Assembly (NCBI GenBank): GCA_951406725.2
Contig: OX597816.1
Location: forward strand, 72,788,001 to 72,852,000
Direction: 5' to 3'
Origin: Octopus vulgaris
Taxonomy: Eukaryota
DNA length: 64,000 bases
Shown here: in pieces, positions 26,495 to 41,331 of the stretch
Numbering within the stretch: the stretch's first letter is position 1
Layout: the number at the start of each line of letters is the position of its first letter
Translations under genes and position numbers: made by a program
The notes under the pieces: model-generated
Database searches by the model: none
The model's input: the letters and a program-made list of their open reading frames with translations, nothing else
What the model was told of the DNA's origin: nothing

Positions 26495-27160
26495 GAAGAT
26501 AGGTAGATAGACAGATTGATATGTAAATGCCTACATGCGAATATACATTTACCTCTATGCATAAGGAAGTGTGTAAGAGAAAGAAATATAAGCAAAACTA
26601 TTTTAAAGTATATACATATACGCAACATATATATATATATATATATATATGCAGATAAATATATATTTATATGAATACACACGCACACACATATATATTC
26701 TCACACGTACAGAGACATATATAAAAGCCTAGACACATAAGCATAACAACGTACGTACTTACATACGTATAGACATATATATATATATACGTCCATATTA
26801 AATATGATATATTCAAATGCTAATATGAAGGCCTATACAAACATTTTGAAAACCATATATCATTTGATGGAGAGAAATTCTTAAGGACGTCACAATGAGA
26901 TCTTTTGATCTGTTTTTATTCATCTCTCAAATTCATGCTGTTATTTTTTTTCCAGCAAATTCATTTTGAAATAAAAGATTTTTCAAAGTAAATTTTTATC
27001 TATTGCCCATTCCGGAAATCGCAATTCGTCAATTAAAATGATTTAATTGTATGAAATGATATCTGTGAATTTTATTTATTTCTACATTTATGTATCTATG
27101 TTGTTGTTGTTGTTGTTGATATTATTATTGTTATTATCATTATTATCATTATTATTATCA

Positions 27161-27212
<52 letters not shown>

Positions 27213-27356
27213 ATTTATTACTTTGTATTATTGTGTCTAAGAAAATGAATATATACCTATATACATTAAAAGAGCGCGCGTTTGTGTTGGAAGATATATT
27301 AAAAATTTTGTATACGTTAATACATATAAGTGTATATGCATATATATATGTATATA

Positions 27357-27417
<61 letters not shown>

Positions 27418-27498
27418 TTGTATATATACGTACACGTATAAATACGTACGTATATATATGTGTGTGGGTATATATCTATACCTATCTATCGATATATA

Positions 27499-27529
<31 letters not shown>

Positions 27530-28087
27530 GTATGTGTGCATGTATGTATATACATAGAAGTTTATCGCAAAGAGAGATAGAAAAGGAGGGGCAAAAGAAT
27601 TGGAGATAAGAGGCAGAAATAAAGAGATATATGTTTAAAAAAAAATGGAGAATATCGGAGGAATGGTGAAAGTGATGAAATGTAAAAAGAAGAGTTAGAG
27701 ATGAAGGGCGGTGTAAGAAAGAGGATAAACTCATCTGAGCGTGGGGAGAGAGAAGAAGAGAACTGAGGTGTGCGATAACGGGAGAGATAGTGCGATGTAT
27801 AACGAGATAGAAAACGAAAGGTGTGTGTGTGAGTGTGTGATTGTGTATGCGTGCGTGCGTGTGCATACGTGTGTGTGTATGTGTGTGTGTGTGTGTGTGA
27901 GTATGCGTGATATAAGGGGGAGAAACACAAAGGAAAATAAAGATTATTGATGCCGTAGACAGATATGAAGACGGTTTATGTCATATCTCCATATCTAAAG
28001 ATAATGATTTCTACATAGACAAACACATTCACATAAGTGCTCTCACATAAACACATTCACGCACACATGCTTACATTCATATATATA

Positions 28088-28138
<51 letters not shown>

Positions 28139-28272
28139 ATATATGCAAATGTTCAAAAACAGTCAAATTTACAGACACACGAACGTTACACTCATCTAGG
28201 CCATAAGAATTGAAAGGCAATATACTATATATTATCCACGTCAATCGAATTTATTAAATAAATTAAATAAGC

Positions 28273-28376
<104 letters not shown>

Positions 28377-28425
28377 CATCTATTATACACACACACACAT
28401 ACCCATATATTCATATGCGTGTATG

Positions 28426-28486
<61 letters not shown>

Positions 28487-29262
28487 GTACACATATGCGG
28501 CGGAATATGTATAGGATATTCTTCTTAGATAAATTATTAATAAAATAGTTTTGATAAAAAAAAAACCATTAAGTAAACAGAAATAGCATTAGATCGTTAA
28601 TATCAAGCTAAATGAGTAACCATCTTAAAAATATTTCGTTTGTAATCGATTTTTTAAAGAATTTCACAAAATATATCTCAATACATACAGACATACATAC
28701 ATACATATATATACATATATATATATATGATAGCGTATATATATTCAGAAATGCTTGGAAACGGTAATTTTAAGATGTTGAGAAATATAAAGACATATAA
28801 AAAATGGAAGTTAAAATGGCAAAGCAATGAAAATTTTATAATAGCAATATGGCTGCATAACAGATACTTAGATGAAGAATCTGGTGAATTGGATTGTCTA
28901 TTTTAGCATGTAAAATGCCAAATTTACTAACATTTCCTACTGAGGTTCTTACACATGATTCTTATTACTTATTTCTGCTAAATCTTCATCGACCGGCTAG
29001 AAATGATAGCTGATATTTCTGTAACAGCCTACAATGGTCTTCAAATTTTTATGACAACGATATTTCATTAGAAAGATTTTCGGCTGTTATTTTGATACTG
29101 TATTGTTAGATATTCTGTCTATGATAGAAAGTATGGAAGGTCACATCTGGAATGGATTTGATCGAAATCAGTTCGATGTGGTCCGACCTAAAGCCAAGCA
29201 ACAACAGCACCAACAACAATAACAGAATCGTCACTGTCATCGTAGCTATCCTAATAATAATT

Positions 29263-30370
29263 TATTTCTTTACTACCCACAAGGGGCTAAACACAGAGAG
29301 GACAAACAAGGACAGACAAACGGATTAGGTCGATTATATCGACCCAGGTGTGTAACTGCTACTTAATTAATCGAACCCGAAAGGATGAAAAGCAAAGTCG
29401 ACCTCGGCGGAATTTGAACTCAGAACGTAGTGATGAGCGAAATACCGCTAGGCATTTCGCCCAGCGTGCTAACGATTCTGTTAGCTCTCCGCCTTCAGTT
29501 ATCCTATAATAATGATTTCCAATTATGTCACAAGACCAGCAATTCTAAGGAAGGTGTTAAGTCTGTTGCATCGGCCCCTATGCTCTGCTACTACTTATTT
29601 TATCGACCCCGAAAATATAAAAAGCAAAGTCTACTTTGACGCAGTTTGAACTCAAAGTGTAAAGCCGGAAGAAATGCTGCTAAGCATTTTCCCGGCTTGC
29701 TAACGATTTTGCTAACTGAATGCTGTCGTTGTTTGTTCCACATAAGGGCCGGTTTCCCGGGTTCATTGGCGTATAGGTTCCCCACCTGAACGGGATGCCG
29801 GTCCGTCGTAGGTGAGCTGCTAGATGCAGAAGGAAAATTGTGGCGAAAGAGTCAGCAGAAGTTCGCCATTATCTTCTGCCGGAGCCGCGTGGAGCTTAGG
29901 TGTTTCGCTCATAAACTCACACATCGCCCGGTCTGAGATTCGAACCTGCGATCCCTCGACGCGAGTCCGCTGCTCTAACCACTAGGCCATGTCCCTCCAT
30001 GGGTAGTCATCATAAATAATTTTTTCTCCTATAGGAATAATGTCTGAAATGTTATGGTGAGGGGAGAAGTCGATTACATCGACCCCAATGCTTAGCTGGT
30101 GTTTATTCTGTTGACCCCGAAAGGATGAAAGGCAAAGACGAATTCGGCGGAATTTGAACGCATTTTGTCCAATGTGGCAATCATTCCGCGACCTACTCGC
30201 CTTAGTTATCATCATAATGATAATCCTTTCTAATAAAGGCACAATGCCTGAAATTTTGGGGGAAGGAACTAGTTTATCACATCGACCACAGAGTGTAACT
30301 GGTATTGTAACGGATGAAAGAGTAAAGGATGAAAGGCAAAGTTGACCTCGACGGAATTTGAACGAAAACT
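29263..30370 (-). mobile_element. Cluster of about 4 family A SINE copies
   Basis: Repeated CCGAAAGGATGAAA.GCAAAGTCGAC..CGGAATTTGAAC-like reverse cores near 29375, 29605, 30115 and 30325. Confidence 0.8.
29743..29999 (-). mobile_element. SINE, head D + tail X
   Basis: Head matches the 37368/48005 copies (GCAGCGGACTCGCG..GAGCGAAACACCTAAGCTCCACG); tail matches the 15361 copy (GGGAAACCGGCCCTTA). Confidence 0.85.
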
Positions 30371-30631
30371 CGATGTCCCAGAATCCCTTGTACTAATGAA
30401 TCGAGTGTGTTGTGAACACATATTCGTCGTAAGTGAAGAGCTGTTCCGTGACGAACACAAAAGCTATTAACCCATTCGTGTTCGAATGTTCCGGAACGTA
30501 TAAAAAGTGAATATGAAAGTCATCGTCTTGAATCTCGCTGTTCACCACGCATGTGACGATTTATGTTAACAAAAACCAAAAACCAAAACAAAACAAAAAA
30601 GAATCAGATTCTCCAATAAGGGGAGTACTCT

Positions 30632-30948
30632 TAGCAACAAGGATATCCAGAAGTAATGCAGTACAAAAAACAGTGACAAGCTAGATCTCTAACAAGTCTT
30701 TCTTTCTGATACCTTAATAGCTTCTAAGCTGAAGTGAAGACATGTTCGTTGTCTATCTAGTTACCTTCTTGAAGGTTTTAAGTAAAATTATACTAATATG
30801 TCCATCTATTTTAGTTTAATTTAATTCTATATCTTTATGCAGTTGGGGATTGCTCTGCATTTAAATTGATGTAATGATTGCACTGTTCAATTAAAAGGAG
30901 TTGCTTGAAACGATCGCACTGCATTATCTCTGGATATTCTTGTTGCTT
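30632..30948. mobile_element. Candidate MITE (about 320 bp) with about 32-bp imperfect TIRs
   Basis: AGCAACAAGGATATCCAGAAGTAATGCAGTAC versus the reverse complement of the right end, AGCAACAAGAATATCCAGAGATAATGCAGTGC. Confidence 0.55.
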
Positions 30949-31480
30949 ACTTTGATTTTAATCAGCTTATTTTTGAAATTGTATGGATAATACCGTACTA
31001 CTAAATTCTGGTGCCACAACTTAAATACCAAATTCATTTTAATCTAAATTTCTGCTATATATATATATATATATATATATATCAAAAAGCAGAGAATATA
31101 AGTATATATGGCATAGAATTGGAAGGTGTGGATATTTTGTAAACAAACTATTCGACAATGAAACTTTTCAATACTTGCATCGTTCGTTATGGAAAATAGA
31201 CAGAAAAGGGAAGAACAATACAAATGCAGAAATTACAGATTTACTATAACTAATCAGGATAAATATTTTTCCCTCTGGTTTAACATATCATGTCGTCTAA
31301 TAGGTGCAGCAAGATAACAGCGTTTGTAGATTACTAGCTGAATACTATAATCAATCAAATATTTGTAGCTTTGTTTCGTTAAAAATGTTTCCCAATTGAT
31401 TGTATGATGCTATGTTAGGAATAAACTGTTAAAAAAAGATTACAACCGCTTAACTTTACACTATATATACACACGCACAC

Positions 31481-31525
<45 letters not shown>

Positions 31526-32010
31526 ACATACACACATATATATATATATATATATAATACAAATAATATATAAATATATGCATATATACATGCATATATG
31601 TAAATTCCAACATGGTCATTCGATCAGCTATACCTCCTTCAAATCACATTCTACCGTATTAAACAAATGAAAGGATACGTTATATAATATCATTTAGATT
31701 TAATGTTAAGGTGGTGAGCTAGTAGGATCGGTAGCATACCGGAGAAAATGCTTAGTGTCATTTCTTTCGGATCTTTACTTTCTGAGTTTAAATACCTTCA
31801 AAGTCAGCTGTGCTTTTCATCATTTCTTGTTCAATAAAATAAATATCTGTTAGCATTGGAATAGATACAACCCACTTGCCTCATGCTATCAAAATTGTAG
31901 ACCTTGTGTATATTTGGTTTAGCACTTAACCTGTCGATCGGTATTTATTTGCCGAAAGGATAATTTATGGGGCCATAAACAAACTTACTTTGGTTGTAGA
32001 TAGGGGAGAA

Positions 32011-32075
<65 letters not shown>

Positions 32076-32901
32076 CGCGTGCACACAAACATGAGGTGTT
32101 GTGCTTCCGTACAGTTACCGTCTCACAGACTTGGAAGGCATTTGTCGGCCTGCGGGGATATAGCAAGAAGATACTTGCTCAAGGTATCGCAGAATGGAAC
32201 TAAAACCGAAACCACGTGGTTTACAGAGAGCGAGCATCTTAATAACACAACAATATGCTTGTATTCAATATGTTAAAAAACAAAAACAAAAATAAAACAC
32301 GTCAATAAATATAAAACAAAGGCTGGCCTCCGTTCAGAACTACTCTGATCATATGTCTATTTCATTTGTATCGGCCCGGGGCTAAACAACAACGTTAATA
32401 ACTAAAACTTTAATGGTGGTTTTATATACATTTAAAACACAGTATGCAATAGGAAAGAAAAGAAAACATGTATTTATATGTATGATATTAGTAATTAGTA
32501 AATATCTGGAGAATAAATAAGATAATAAATATGGGATATTAAAATATTAGAACTGAAGAGATGGAAACAATGTTGGTGTTTGAAAAGCAAAGAGACAGAA
32601 AATACAACAACAACAACTAGAACAACTGAACATTGACATTAACGATTCTGTATTGTTTGGGTCGCCATTGTATGAGAAGACTAAATATGTTTTTAGCATA
32701 TTAATATGTTGTTGGTTTTGAAATATACTTTTAAAATTCCATATACATACATTTATATATATATATACATGCATACATATATATATATATATACGTAATA
32801 CATATGTACATACACACATACATAAATACATACATATCTGTCTATCTGTCTGTCTGTCTATCTGTCTGTCTGTCTATCTCTCTCTATATGTATGTGTATG
32901 C

Positions 32902-32966
<65 letters not shown>

Positions 32967-32990
32967 TGTATGGATATACATATACATACA

Positions 32991-33042
<52 letters not shown>

Positions 33043-33639
33043 CATACACAATTACAAACTTATAAACAACTATACGACATAAATTCAAATATACATTCAT
33101 ATATATATATACACACATTCACATAAACACTATATGAGAACATAAGCGTATTTGTCTATATGGCTGTGTATGTTTGTGTGCATGCGTGCATGTACGTGTG
33201 TGGGAGCGAGAGAGAGAGAGGGTATGCATGTGCGTGTATGTGTGTGTGTGTGTGTATGTGGGGGAGGATGCATGTGTCGGTGTATGTGTGTTTGTGTGTG
33301 TGCGTATTATATTAGCATTACTTTAAGATGTAACTTTTCTTTGTCTCCATGCTAAAATACATGCTCTGAAGAGCAAAAGGAAAAATTAAAAGGAGTGGAG
33401 AAAGAGAGAGGGAGAAATTGACAAAGAGAGAGTGGAGCGTTAAAGTGAAAGTGAAAGTCGAGGAGAGGTACTTGAGAGTGGAAAAGAATGCGAGAGGGAG
33501 AGAAGTTGGTAGATATGTAGTTAAATAGGTTAAATGGACACTTAGATACATTATATAGAGAGAAAGAGAGAGAGATTGAGAAAGATAACTAGAGAGGCTG
33601 ACAGACAAACAGGACGATAGCTGTGTGTGTGTATATTCT

Positions 33640-33852
33640 GTTATTCTTTTACTTGTTTCAGTAATTTGATTGCAGCCATGCTGGAGCACCGCCTGAAGGG
33701 GGTTTTAGTTGAAGAAATCGATCCGAGGACTTATTCTTTGTAAGCCTGGTACTTATTCTATCAGGCTTTTTTGACGATCAGGTAAGTTACGCCGGCCTAA
33801 ACAACCAGCATCGGTTGTCAAGCGATGGTAAGGGGAGATAGACAGACACAAA
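33640..33852 (-). mobile_element. SINE family B 3' half
   Basis: GCCATGCTGGAGCACCGCC..GGACTTATTCTTTGTAAGCC..GCATCGGTTGTCAAGCG. Confidence 0.85.
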
Positions 33853-33884
33853 TACATACATACATACATACATACATACATACA

Positions 33885-33942
<58 letters not shown>

Positions 33943-33946
<4 letters not shown>

Positions 33947-34413
33947 TAAATGAAATAAAACATATGCATGTATATAAACATATATGTACGTACCTACCTC
34001 TACATGTACATATACACGCATATATGAATACAGGACACCAAAGGGACGTCGAACACAAAGAGAAACGAAAACATAGACACAAACCAAAGGAACTGGACAT
34101 TCTTTTAAAAACAACAAAAAATGGAGTACAGGACAATTAACACAAAGAAAAAACCTCTTCTTCAATCGCTATGGTTTCATCTACTCTACGTTTCGAAGGA
34201 TAAAAGCGAGACGTATCTTCGACAAGAAACTTTCCTTCCTGCGAAAAGCAAATCAATTAAAATTCTGAGATCTTTTCGCAGAGGGGTAAAAAATGGTAAA
34301 AAAATGGTAAAAAAACAGGACAGTACAAAAATATAAACAGTAAAAGACAGGACAGGGAAAAACAAGATAAGAAGGGCTGTTGACGCCGAACGAAAAAAGT
34401 ATTGCAAACGCAG

Positions 34414-34418
<5 letters not shown>
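33943..34418. mobile_element. (TA)n-flanked interspersed element, probably a PLE pLTR remnant
   Basis: Left 160 bp is homologous to 1575-1731 (inverted); both ends abut (TA)n. Confidence 0.55.
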
Positions 34419-34461
<43 letters not shown>

Positions 34462-34724
34462 TATATATATAATAATCATGCTAATAATAATAATCAGTGG
34501 ATGGAATTTATAAATATTTCAATGCACTGCTACGTGCGTTTCCACAAAATCACATGTCTCTTAAGACCATAGTCCGTATCATTATTGCTGTATTTATCCT
34601 ATATTATATCGGCACAGATCGGGGTGACCCCCAGAAACTGGTATCGCCAGCTAGAATCATTAGGCTGTTAGCTTTAATATGCATATTCAAAACGTTTCTC
34701 GTAAACGAAATTAAAGTTTATATA

Positions 34725-35946
34725 GGTGCAGGAGTGGCTGTGTGGTAAATAGCTTGCTCACAAACCACATAGTCCTGAGTTCAGTCCCACTGCGTGGCAC
34801 CTTAGGCAAGTGTCTTCTGCTATCGCCTCGTGAGTGGATATGGTAGACGTAAACTGGAAGAAGCCCGTCGATTATGTATATATATATATATGTATATATG
34901 TATGTATGTATGTATATATGTATGTATGTATGTATGTGTGTATGTATGTATGTATGTATGTATGTATGTATGTATGTATGTATGTATGTATGTAGAAAAG
35001 CGCCTCTGGAGTCGGCGAGACATATGCAGAAAGACAAAGATAAAGGTGTACAAGTCATGTGTGCTCCCTTCTCTTCTCTATGCCTGCGAGTCGTGTGTCA
35101 CATATCGATACCACCTTAAACATCTGGAACGTTTCCATCAGATGTGCCTCAGACGGATCTATAGCATTAAGTGGAAGGACCGCATCAGTGATCTTGAAAT
35201 ACTCGAAGGCTTTCGGTGTGAAAGTATAGAAGCTCTTGTGTTAAAGCAAAGGCTCAGATGGAGTGGTCATCTGGTCAGAATGAAGGATTCAAGGATGCCA
35301 AAACAACTCTTTTATGGAGAATTAGCTAAATGAGAACGACCTCCACATAAACCAAAAAAGAGGTATAAGGACTTGCTGAAGGCTTCCTTAAGAGGTGCTT
35401 GCGTCTCTCCTGACACATGGGAAGGCATAGCTATTGATCGTAGCAGCTGGAGAAGGATTGTGCATGAGGCGACAGCCACATTTGAGAAATCTCGAGTTGC
35501 ACATGAGAAAGTAAGGAGGGATGTCAGGAAGGGCATCGCTGTTACACTTCCAGAAGGGAAGGGTCTTCCTTTGATTCTGACATGCAATGTCTGTGCAAGA
35601 CCCTGCCTCAGTAAAGCTGGACTCATGAGTCATCTTCGTAGTCATAAAACTAGACAGATGAGTGACAACCTGGCCACTGGTGGTGGTGTAACACACCATA
35701 CTAATCATATCTGTCGGGCATGTGGAAGAGAGTGTAATTCGGCAGGAGGACTTAAACGACAAGCAAAGGTACATGAAGCCCAGTTACAACTACAGCCGGC
35801 TATTACCAGTAAAGGTCTTAGTTGCCAATTTATACAAGACATTGTAGATCTTTAGCTGGGCTAAAAAATCACATTCGATCACAGCACCAGTAAGAGTTAA
35901 GCTTCGTGCAATGGCCATACTCGATAATGAGGGGGCAGCCATAATA

Positions 35947-35979
<33 letters not shown>

Positions 35980-36280
35980 TGTATGTATGTATGTATGTAT
36001 GTATGTATGTATGTATGCATGTATGTATGTATGTATGTATGTATGTATGTATGTATGTATGTTTGTGTGTCTGTCCTTGTCGCCCCCAACATCACTTGAC
36101 AACCGATGCGGGTGTGTTTACTTCCCTGTAACTTAGCGGTTCGGCAAAAGAGACCGATAGAATAAGTACTAGACTTACAAAGAATAAGGTCTGCGGTGGA
36201 TTTGGTCGACTAAAGGCGGTGCTCCAGCATGGCTGCAGTCAAATAACTGAAACAAGTAAAAGAATAACAGAATTAAAGAA
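34725..36280 (+). mobile_element. SINE family B split by an RTE insertion
   Basis: 5' half 34725-34870 and 3' half 36060-36280 are separated by (TATG)n-RTE-(TATG)n. Confidence 0.88.
34992..35948 (+). mobile_element. 5'-truncated RTE-clade LINE (post-RT region + three C2H2 zinc fingers + short 3' UTR)
   Basis: TKIKVYKSCVLPSLLYACES, LERFHQMCLRRI..IKWKDRIS, RLRWSGHLVRMKDSRMPKQLFYGEL, PKKRYKD, WE.IA.DRSSWR, CNVC..HLRSH, CRAC..RQAKVH, and frameshifted CQF..CRSLAGLKNHIRSQH; ends in (ATA)n. Confidence 0.93.
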
Positions 36281-36299
36281 TATATATATATATGTATGC

Positions 36300-36676
36300 T
36301 TTTATTTTTTCAGTCATTTGACTGCAGCCATGCTGTAGCACCACCTTTTAGTCGAACAAATCGATTCCAGGACTTATTCTTCGTAATTCTAGTATTTGTT
36401 TTATCGGCGTTTTTTTTTGCCGAACCGCTATGTTACAGGGATGTAAACACACAAACATCAGTTGCGAAGCAATGGTGGAGGGCAAACACAGACACACTCA
36501 CACACACACATGCGCACATACATATGTACGACGTGTTTCTTTCAGTCTCCGTCTATCAAATCCACCCACAAGGCTTTGGTCGGTCCGAGGCTATAGTAGA
36601 AGGTGCTACGCAGTGAGACTGAAACCGGAAGAAAGCTGGTTGGGAAGAAAGCTTCTTACCACACCGTCACACCTAT
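36300..36676 (-). mobile_element. SINE family B, tail-to-tail with the preceding copy
   Basis: Reverse-complement family B from CAGTCATTTGACTGCAGCCATG to TTACCACAC. Confidence 0.85.
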
Positions 36677-36806
36677 ACACACAGAGGCATGCATACACAC
36701 ACACATATATATACGTACACATATATATATATATACTTATATATATATATATATATATATGATGATAAATCTCAGAGCGAGTTATAAACAGTAGCGGTAA
36801 CACATC

Positions 36807-36956
36807 GTGACGCATATTTGCCATTTGAATATGGCTAACCCCTAAGGGTGGATGCTACTGTAGTTTGTAGCCCAAAAGGAGATATCTTCCTGGGGCTACA
36901 AACTACAGTAGCATCCACCCTTAGGGGTTAGCCATATTCAAATGGCAAATATGCGT

Positions 36957-36959
<3 letters not shown>
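36807..36959. repeat. Perfect 67-bp inverted repeat with 19-nt spacer
   Basis: 36807-36873 is the exact reverse complement of 36893-36959. Confidence 0.96.
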
Positions 36960-37023
<64 letters not shown>

Positions 37024-37037
37024 GTGTATGTCCACAT

Positions 37038-37074
<37 letters not shown>

Positions 37075-37367
37075 CGACGGGCTTCCTTCGATTTCCGTCA
37101 AGCAAATCGATCCACAACAGCTTGGTCGGCCGGAGGCTATAGTAGAAGACAGCGCCCCATGATGAGGTGGCCATATTTTTGAGGTGTATTTCATTGATAA
37201 TATTACTTCCTCTCTGACTTCCTTCCTCCATTCTTTATTCATTCACTCATATCCTTCTTCAAATTTGTCTGTTATGTACTCTTTACACCGCACGCGCACA
37301 CACGCACACAAACACACACACACGCACACACACACACAATTGCTTACGCACATATACTTATACGTGT

Positions 37368-37750
37368 GGAGGCGCAATGGCCCAGTGGTTAGGGCAGCGG
37401 ACTCGCGGTCATAGGATCTGGGTTTCGATTCCCAGACCGGGCGTTGTGAGTGTTTATTGAGCGAAAACACCTAAAGCTCCACGAGGCTCCGGCAGGGGAT
37501 GGTGGTGATCCCTGCTGTACACTTTCACCACAACTTTCTCTCACTCTTACTTCCTGTTTCTGTTGTACCTGTATTTCAAAGGGCCAGCCTTGTCACTCTC
37601 TGTGTCACGCTGAGTATCCCCGAGAACTACGTTAAGGGTACACGTGTCTGTGGAGTGCTCAGCCACTTACACGTTAATTTCACGAGCAGGCTGTTCCGTT
37701 GATTCGGATCAACCGGAACCCTCGTCGTCGTAACCGACGGAGTGCTTCCG
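37368..37750 (+). mobile_element. SINE, head D + tail Y, 11-bp TSD
   Basis: tRNA-like head GGAGGCGCAATGGCCCAGTGGTTAGG..GTTTCGATTCCC; TSD CTTATACGTGT at 37357-37367 and 37751-37761; highly similar to 48005-48393. Confidence 0.93.
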
Positions 37751-39652
37751 CTTATACGTGTCGATAGCTAGAGTTGTTAGAATGTTGGGATGCATTCCTT
37801 TGTAGAACGCTTTTTTTTAGTTCTCTACGTACTGAGTTCAAATCCAGCCGAGGCGAAATTCACCCGTTCAACTTTTGGCGATCTTTTCTCCTATCTCTTT
37901 GACTTTCTCTGATTGAAAACAAAAAACAAAAAAAAAAAACAATTGTTTAAAGAAATCGTCAGTGGTCGATCATTCTTAGAGAAAGGCGGTCCACGTCAGG
38001 TCTAAAATGCCCAAGATAATCTTCTATGTCTCTGACGCTATATAAGAATTGAAGGCCTAAGGCAAGAAAAATGCATACACACGTACATACAAACAAACAC
38101 ATACACTCACAGAGGATGAGTGATGTTTGTATGAAAAATATATTCCTTTCGTAGTTTTAAGGCTAATTTTTGTTTGCGTTCTTCTTCTCTTTCCTTCTGC
38201 TCTCTTAATATGTGTTCTCTGCTAACGCATAGAGCCAACGAGACAACTTTCGCGAGTCAATGACACAACGTCCGGACTCAATGACGAAGCGTCAATGCTT
38301 TGGTTCCGCCTGTTAGAAATAATGAGTAAATCTCTCGTAAATTACACCTTTTCTTCAAAAGTGAAGATCAAGGATTCGTTCCATGATATAAGAAGCATAT
38401 GAAGGCGTAAGATGAAAAAGAAAAAAAAAACTAAATAAGATTCTAACTTTGGAAATTTAGGACTGCCTGTATGCCAACTACTCCATGTCAGACATTCTTT
38501 CGAATGTGTGTGTGTGTGCGTGAGTGCGTGCGTGTTGGTGCGTGCGTGTATGTCCATGTGTGTGCGTGCATGTGTGGGCGTGTGTGTATGTGTGTGCATA
38601 TGTGCGTTCGCGCGTGCGTGTGTGTATATGTGTGTGTGTGCATGTATGTGCGTATTTGTGTTTGTGTTTGTGTATGCGTACGTGGTTATGTTGTCTGTGT
38701 TTGCGTCTGTGTGTGTGTGTCAGAGAGAGAGAGAGAGAGAGCATGCGTGTGTGCGTGCGTGTGCGTATATGTGTGTGTGCGTGTGTGTGTATGCGCGTGT
38801 GCGTGTCTCTATGTTTGTATGCGTGCGTGCTTGTGTTGTCTGTGTTTGCATCTGTGTGTGTCGATATGTGTGTGAGAGAGAGCATGCGTGTGTGCGTGTT
38901 TGTGTATTATATGTGTATATGTGTGTGTGTGTGTGTGTGCGTGTGTATGTCTGCGTCTAGGTGTGTGTGCGTCCGCGCGCAACTAGCAAACGTCTTAATG
39001 AAAAACTTACCTCCATGACCTTGACAATGTTTGCAAAAAGGTTTAAAATATTTCTCGAAAAAGAGCCGGACTCGAAACCTCTATACTTATGTTTTCCCAA
39101 GGCATAAAAGCATACAACCTATTCTAATTTAGTGATTTTCTTTTCAGCTTAAGCCATCACATGTTTCCTTAAACTCGGACTTTCAACTCAATAATAATAG
39201 AAAAAAAAGACTCATTTGGAATGTAGAAATGAGAGAACGTACCCTACTTAACAAATTCATTCGTTGATGCAGAGATCAGAAGCTGCAGTACATGTAGAAA
39301 CTATGCATTAACCAGTATTAGATACCATTTATTTCATGCTGAACTCGCTTTCTGTTACATTCTCATTCATACTGAAAACAGTAGATCGTCCATTTTTAGG
39401 ATGCTTTTAATACAATAATCAGAAACGTTTTCTTAAAGATTTTTTTGGTTAGCTTTTAGCCTGCAAGTAACGTAAATACATCAAGGAAATGAAATGATAT
39501 TTATATACATAATATTTATAAGTTAAAATATGTATAATACGTTTGTGGATACAGAAGAGAGAATAAAACCGCACAATATATGTAGTATCACATATCGATT
39601 CAGACCAAGTTGCCGATTCGTTCACTCACTACTCCGAGTTACCTGTTTTATC

Positions 39653-39690
<38 letters not shown>

Positions 39691-39727
39691 ATGTGTGTGT
39701 GCGTGCGTGTATGTGTGTGTATGTATG

Positions 39728-39778
<51 letters not shown>

Positions 39779-40098
39779 GTATATATTTATATATATATAT
39801 ATATATGTATATGTGCGTGCGTGTATGTACTCATATATATATATATATATATATATGTATACACATGCATTCACACACACATATATATATATATATATAT
39901 ACACACAAACACACACACACACACACGCACACACACACACATATATATATCACAGAGATAAGTAGGAGAAAGAAAAACAAAGAGAAACAATGGAAGAAAG
40001 ACAGAAAGAAAACCTTGTTATATTAGAAGCTACAACTGATGTATGAATCTACATAGTACACACACAAAAACACGCACATAGGCGCACAATTTATGTAT

Positions 40099-40134
<36 letters not shown>

Positions 40135-40552
40135 TAATATATACACATATATACACATACACACACACACGCATATATATGTATATATATGTATATATAT
40201 CTATGTATATATATCTATGTATGTATATATGTATTGGTGTGTGCTTGGCTCTGTCTTCAGACTGCCGTTCTGGCATCGACACGGTCAAACATATAACATT
40301 CACGCATCAATGAATACATATCACTAACATAGCTGACATATTTAATATGCAATCACACGTCTCAAATATATTCTATTATTTTATGTCTCCTTTGCTTGCA
40401 TTTCGAGAATCGCTCTCTCTCACTTTCTCTCTCTCTCACTGTTTCTCTCTCTCCCTCTCATATGTATATATATTTATATATATATATATCCATATCCCTT
40501 GTTTTCTCTCTTCCTCTGTGGATATGTACATATATACACTTATTCACGTATG

Positions 40553-40608
<56 letters not shown>

Positions 40609-40691
40609 CATATATGTGTGTATCTCGAGAGTGATGTGCATGTTTATATATATATATATACATACTAACATACATACATACATACATACAT

Positions 40692-40791
<100 letters not shown>

Positions 40792-40893
40792 TTAAACACA
40801 CACATGCACACGTACAAACACACCGCACGTACACACACATACACGCATACTCACATACACACACACACATATATATATAGTGAGATAGGTAGG

Positions 40894-41024
<131 letters not shown>

Positions 41025-41295
41025 GAGTATGTGCTTTTCTATGCGTATGTAAATTCCGATCTTGCTCATACGGAAACACACACAGGTCTTACATACATAT
41101 CTACACACATATAACAGATATACACGCACGCCCACATGCACACAGAAATACACATACACACACACTCATATATATATAGGTCGGTCAATGTTATTTTATG
41201 ATCTTTTGATATTAAAACCCTACCCCTCACACATGCTCACACACACATATGCATTCATACATTTATGCATTATTACGGTCTCAATTAGACTGCTA

Positions 41296-41331
<36 letters not shown>

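Noticed and set aside
34180-34230. Hammerhead on the minus strand (..CTTCGAAACGTA..)
   Set aside because: A GAAAC box and a stem are present, but there is no convincing CUGANGA box or stem I.
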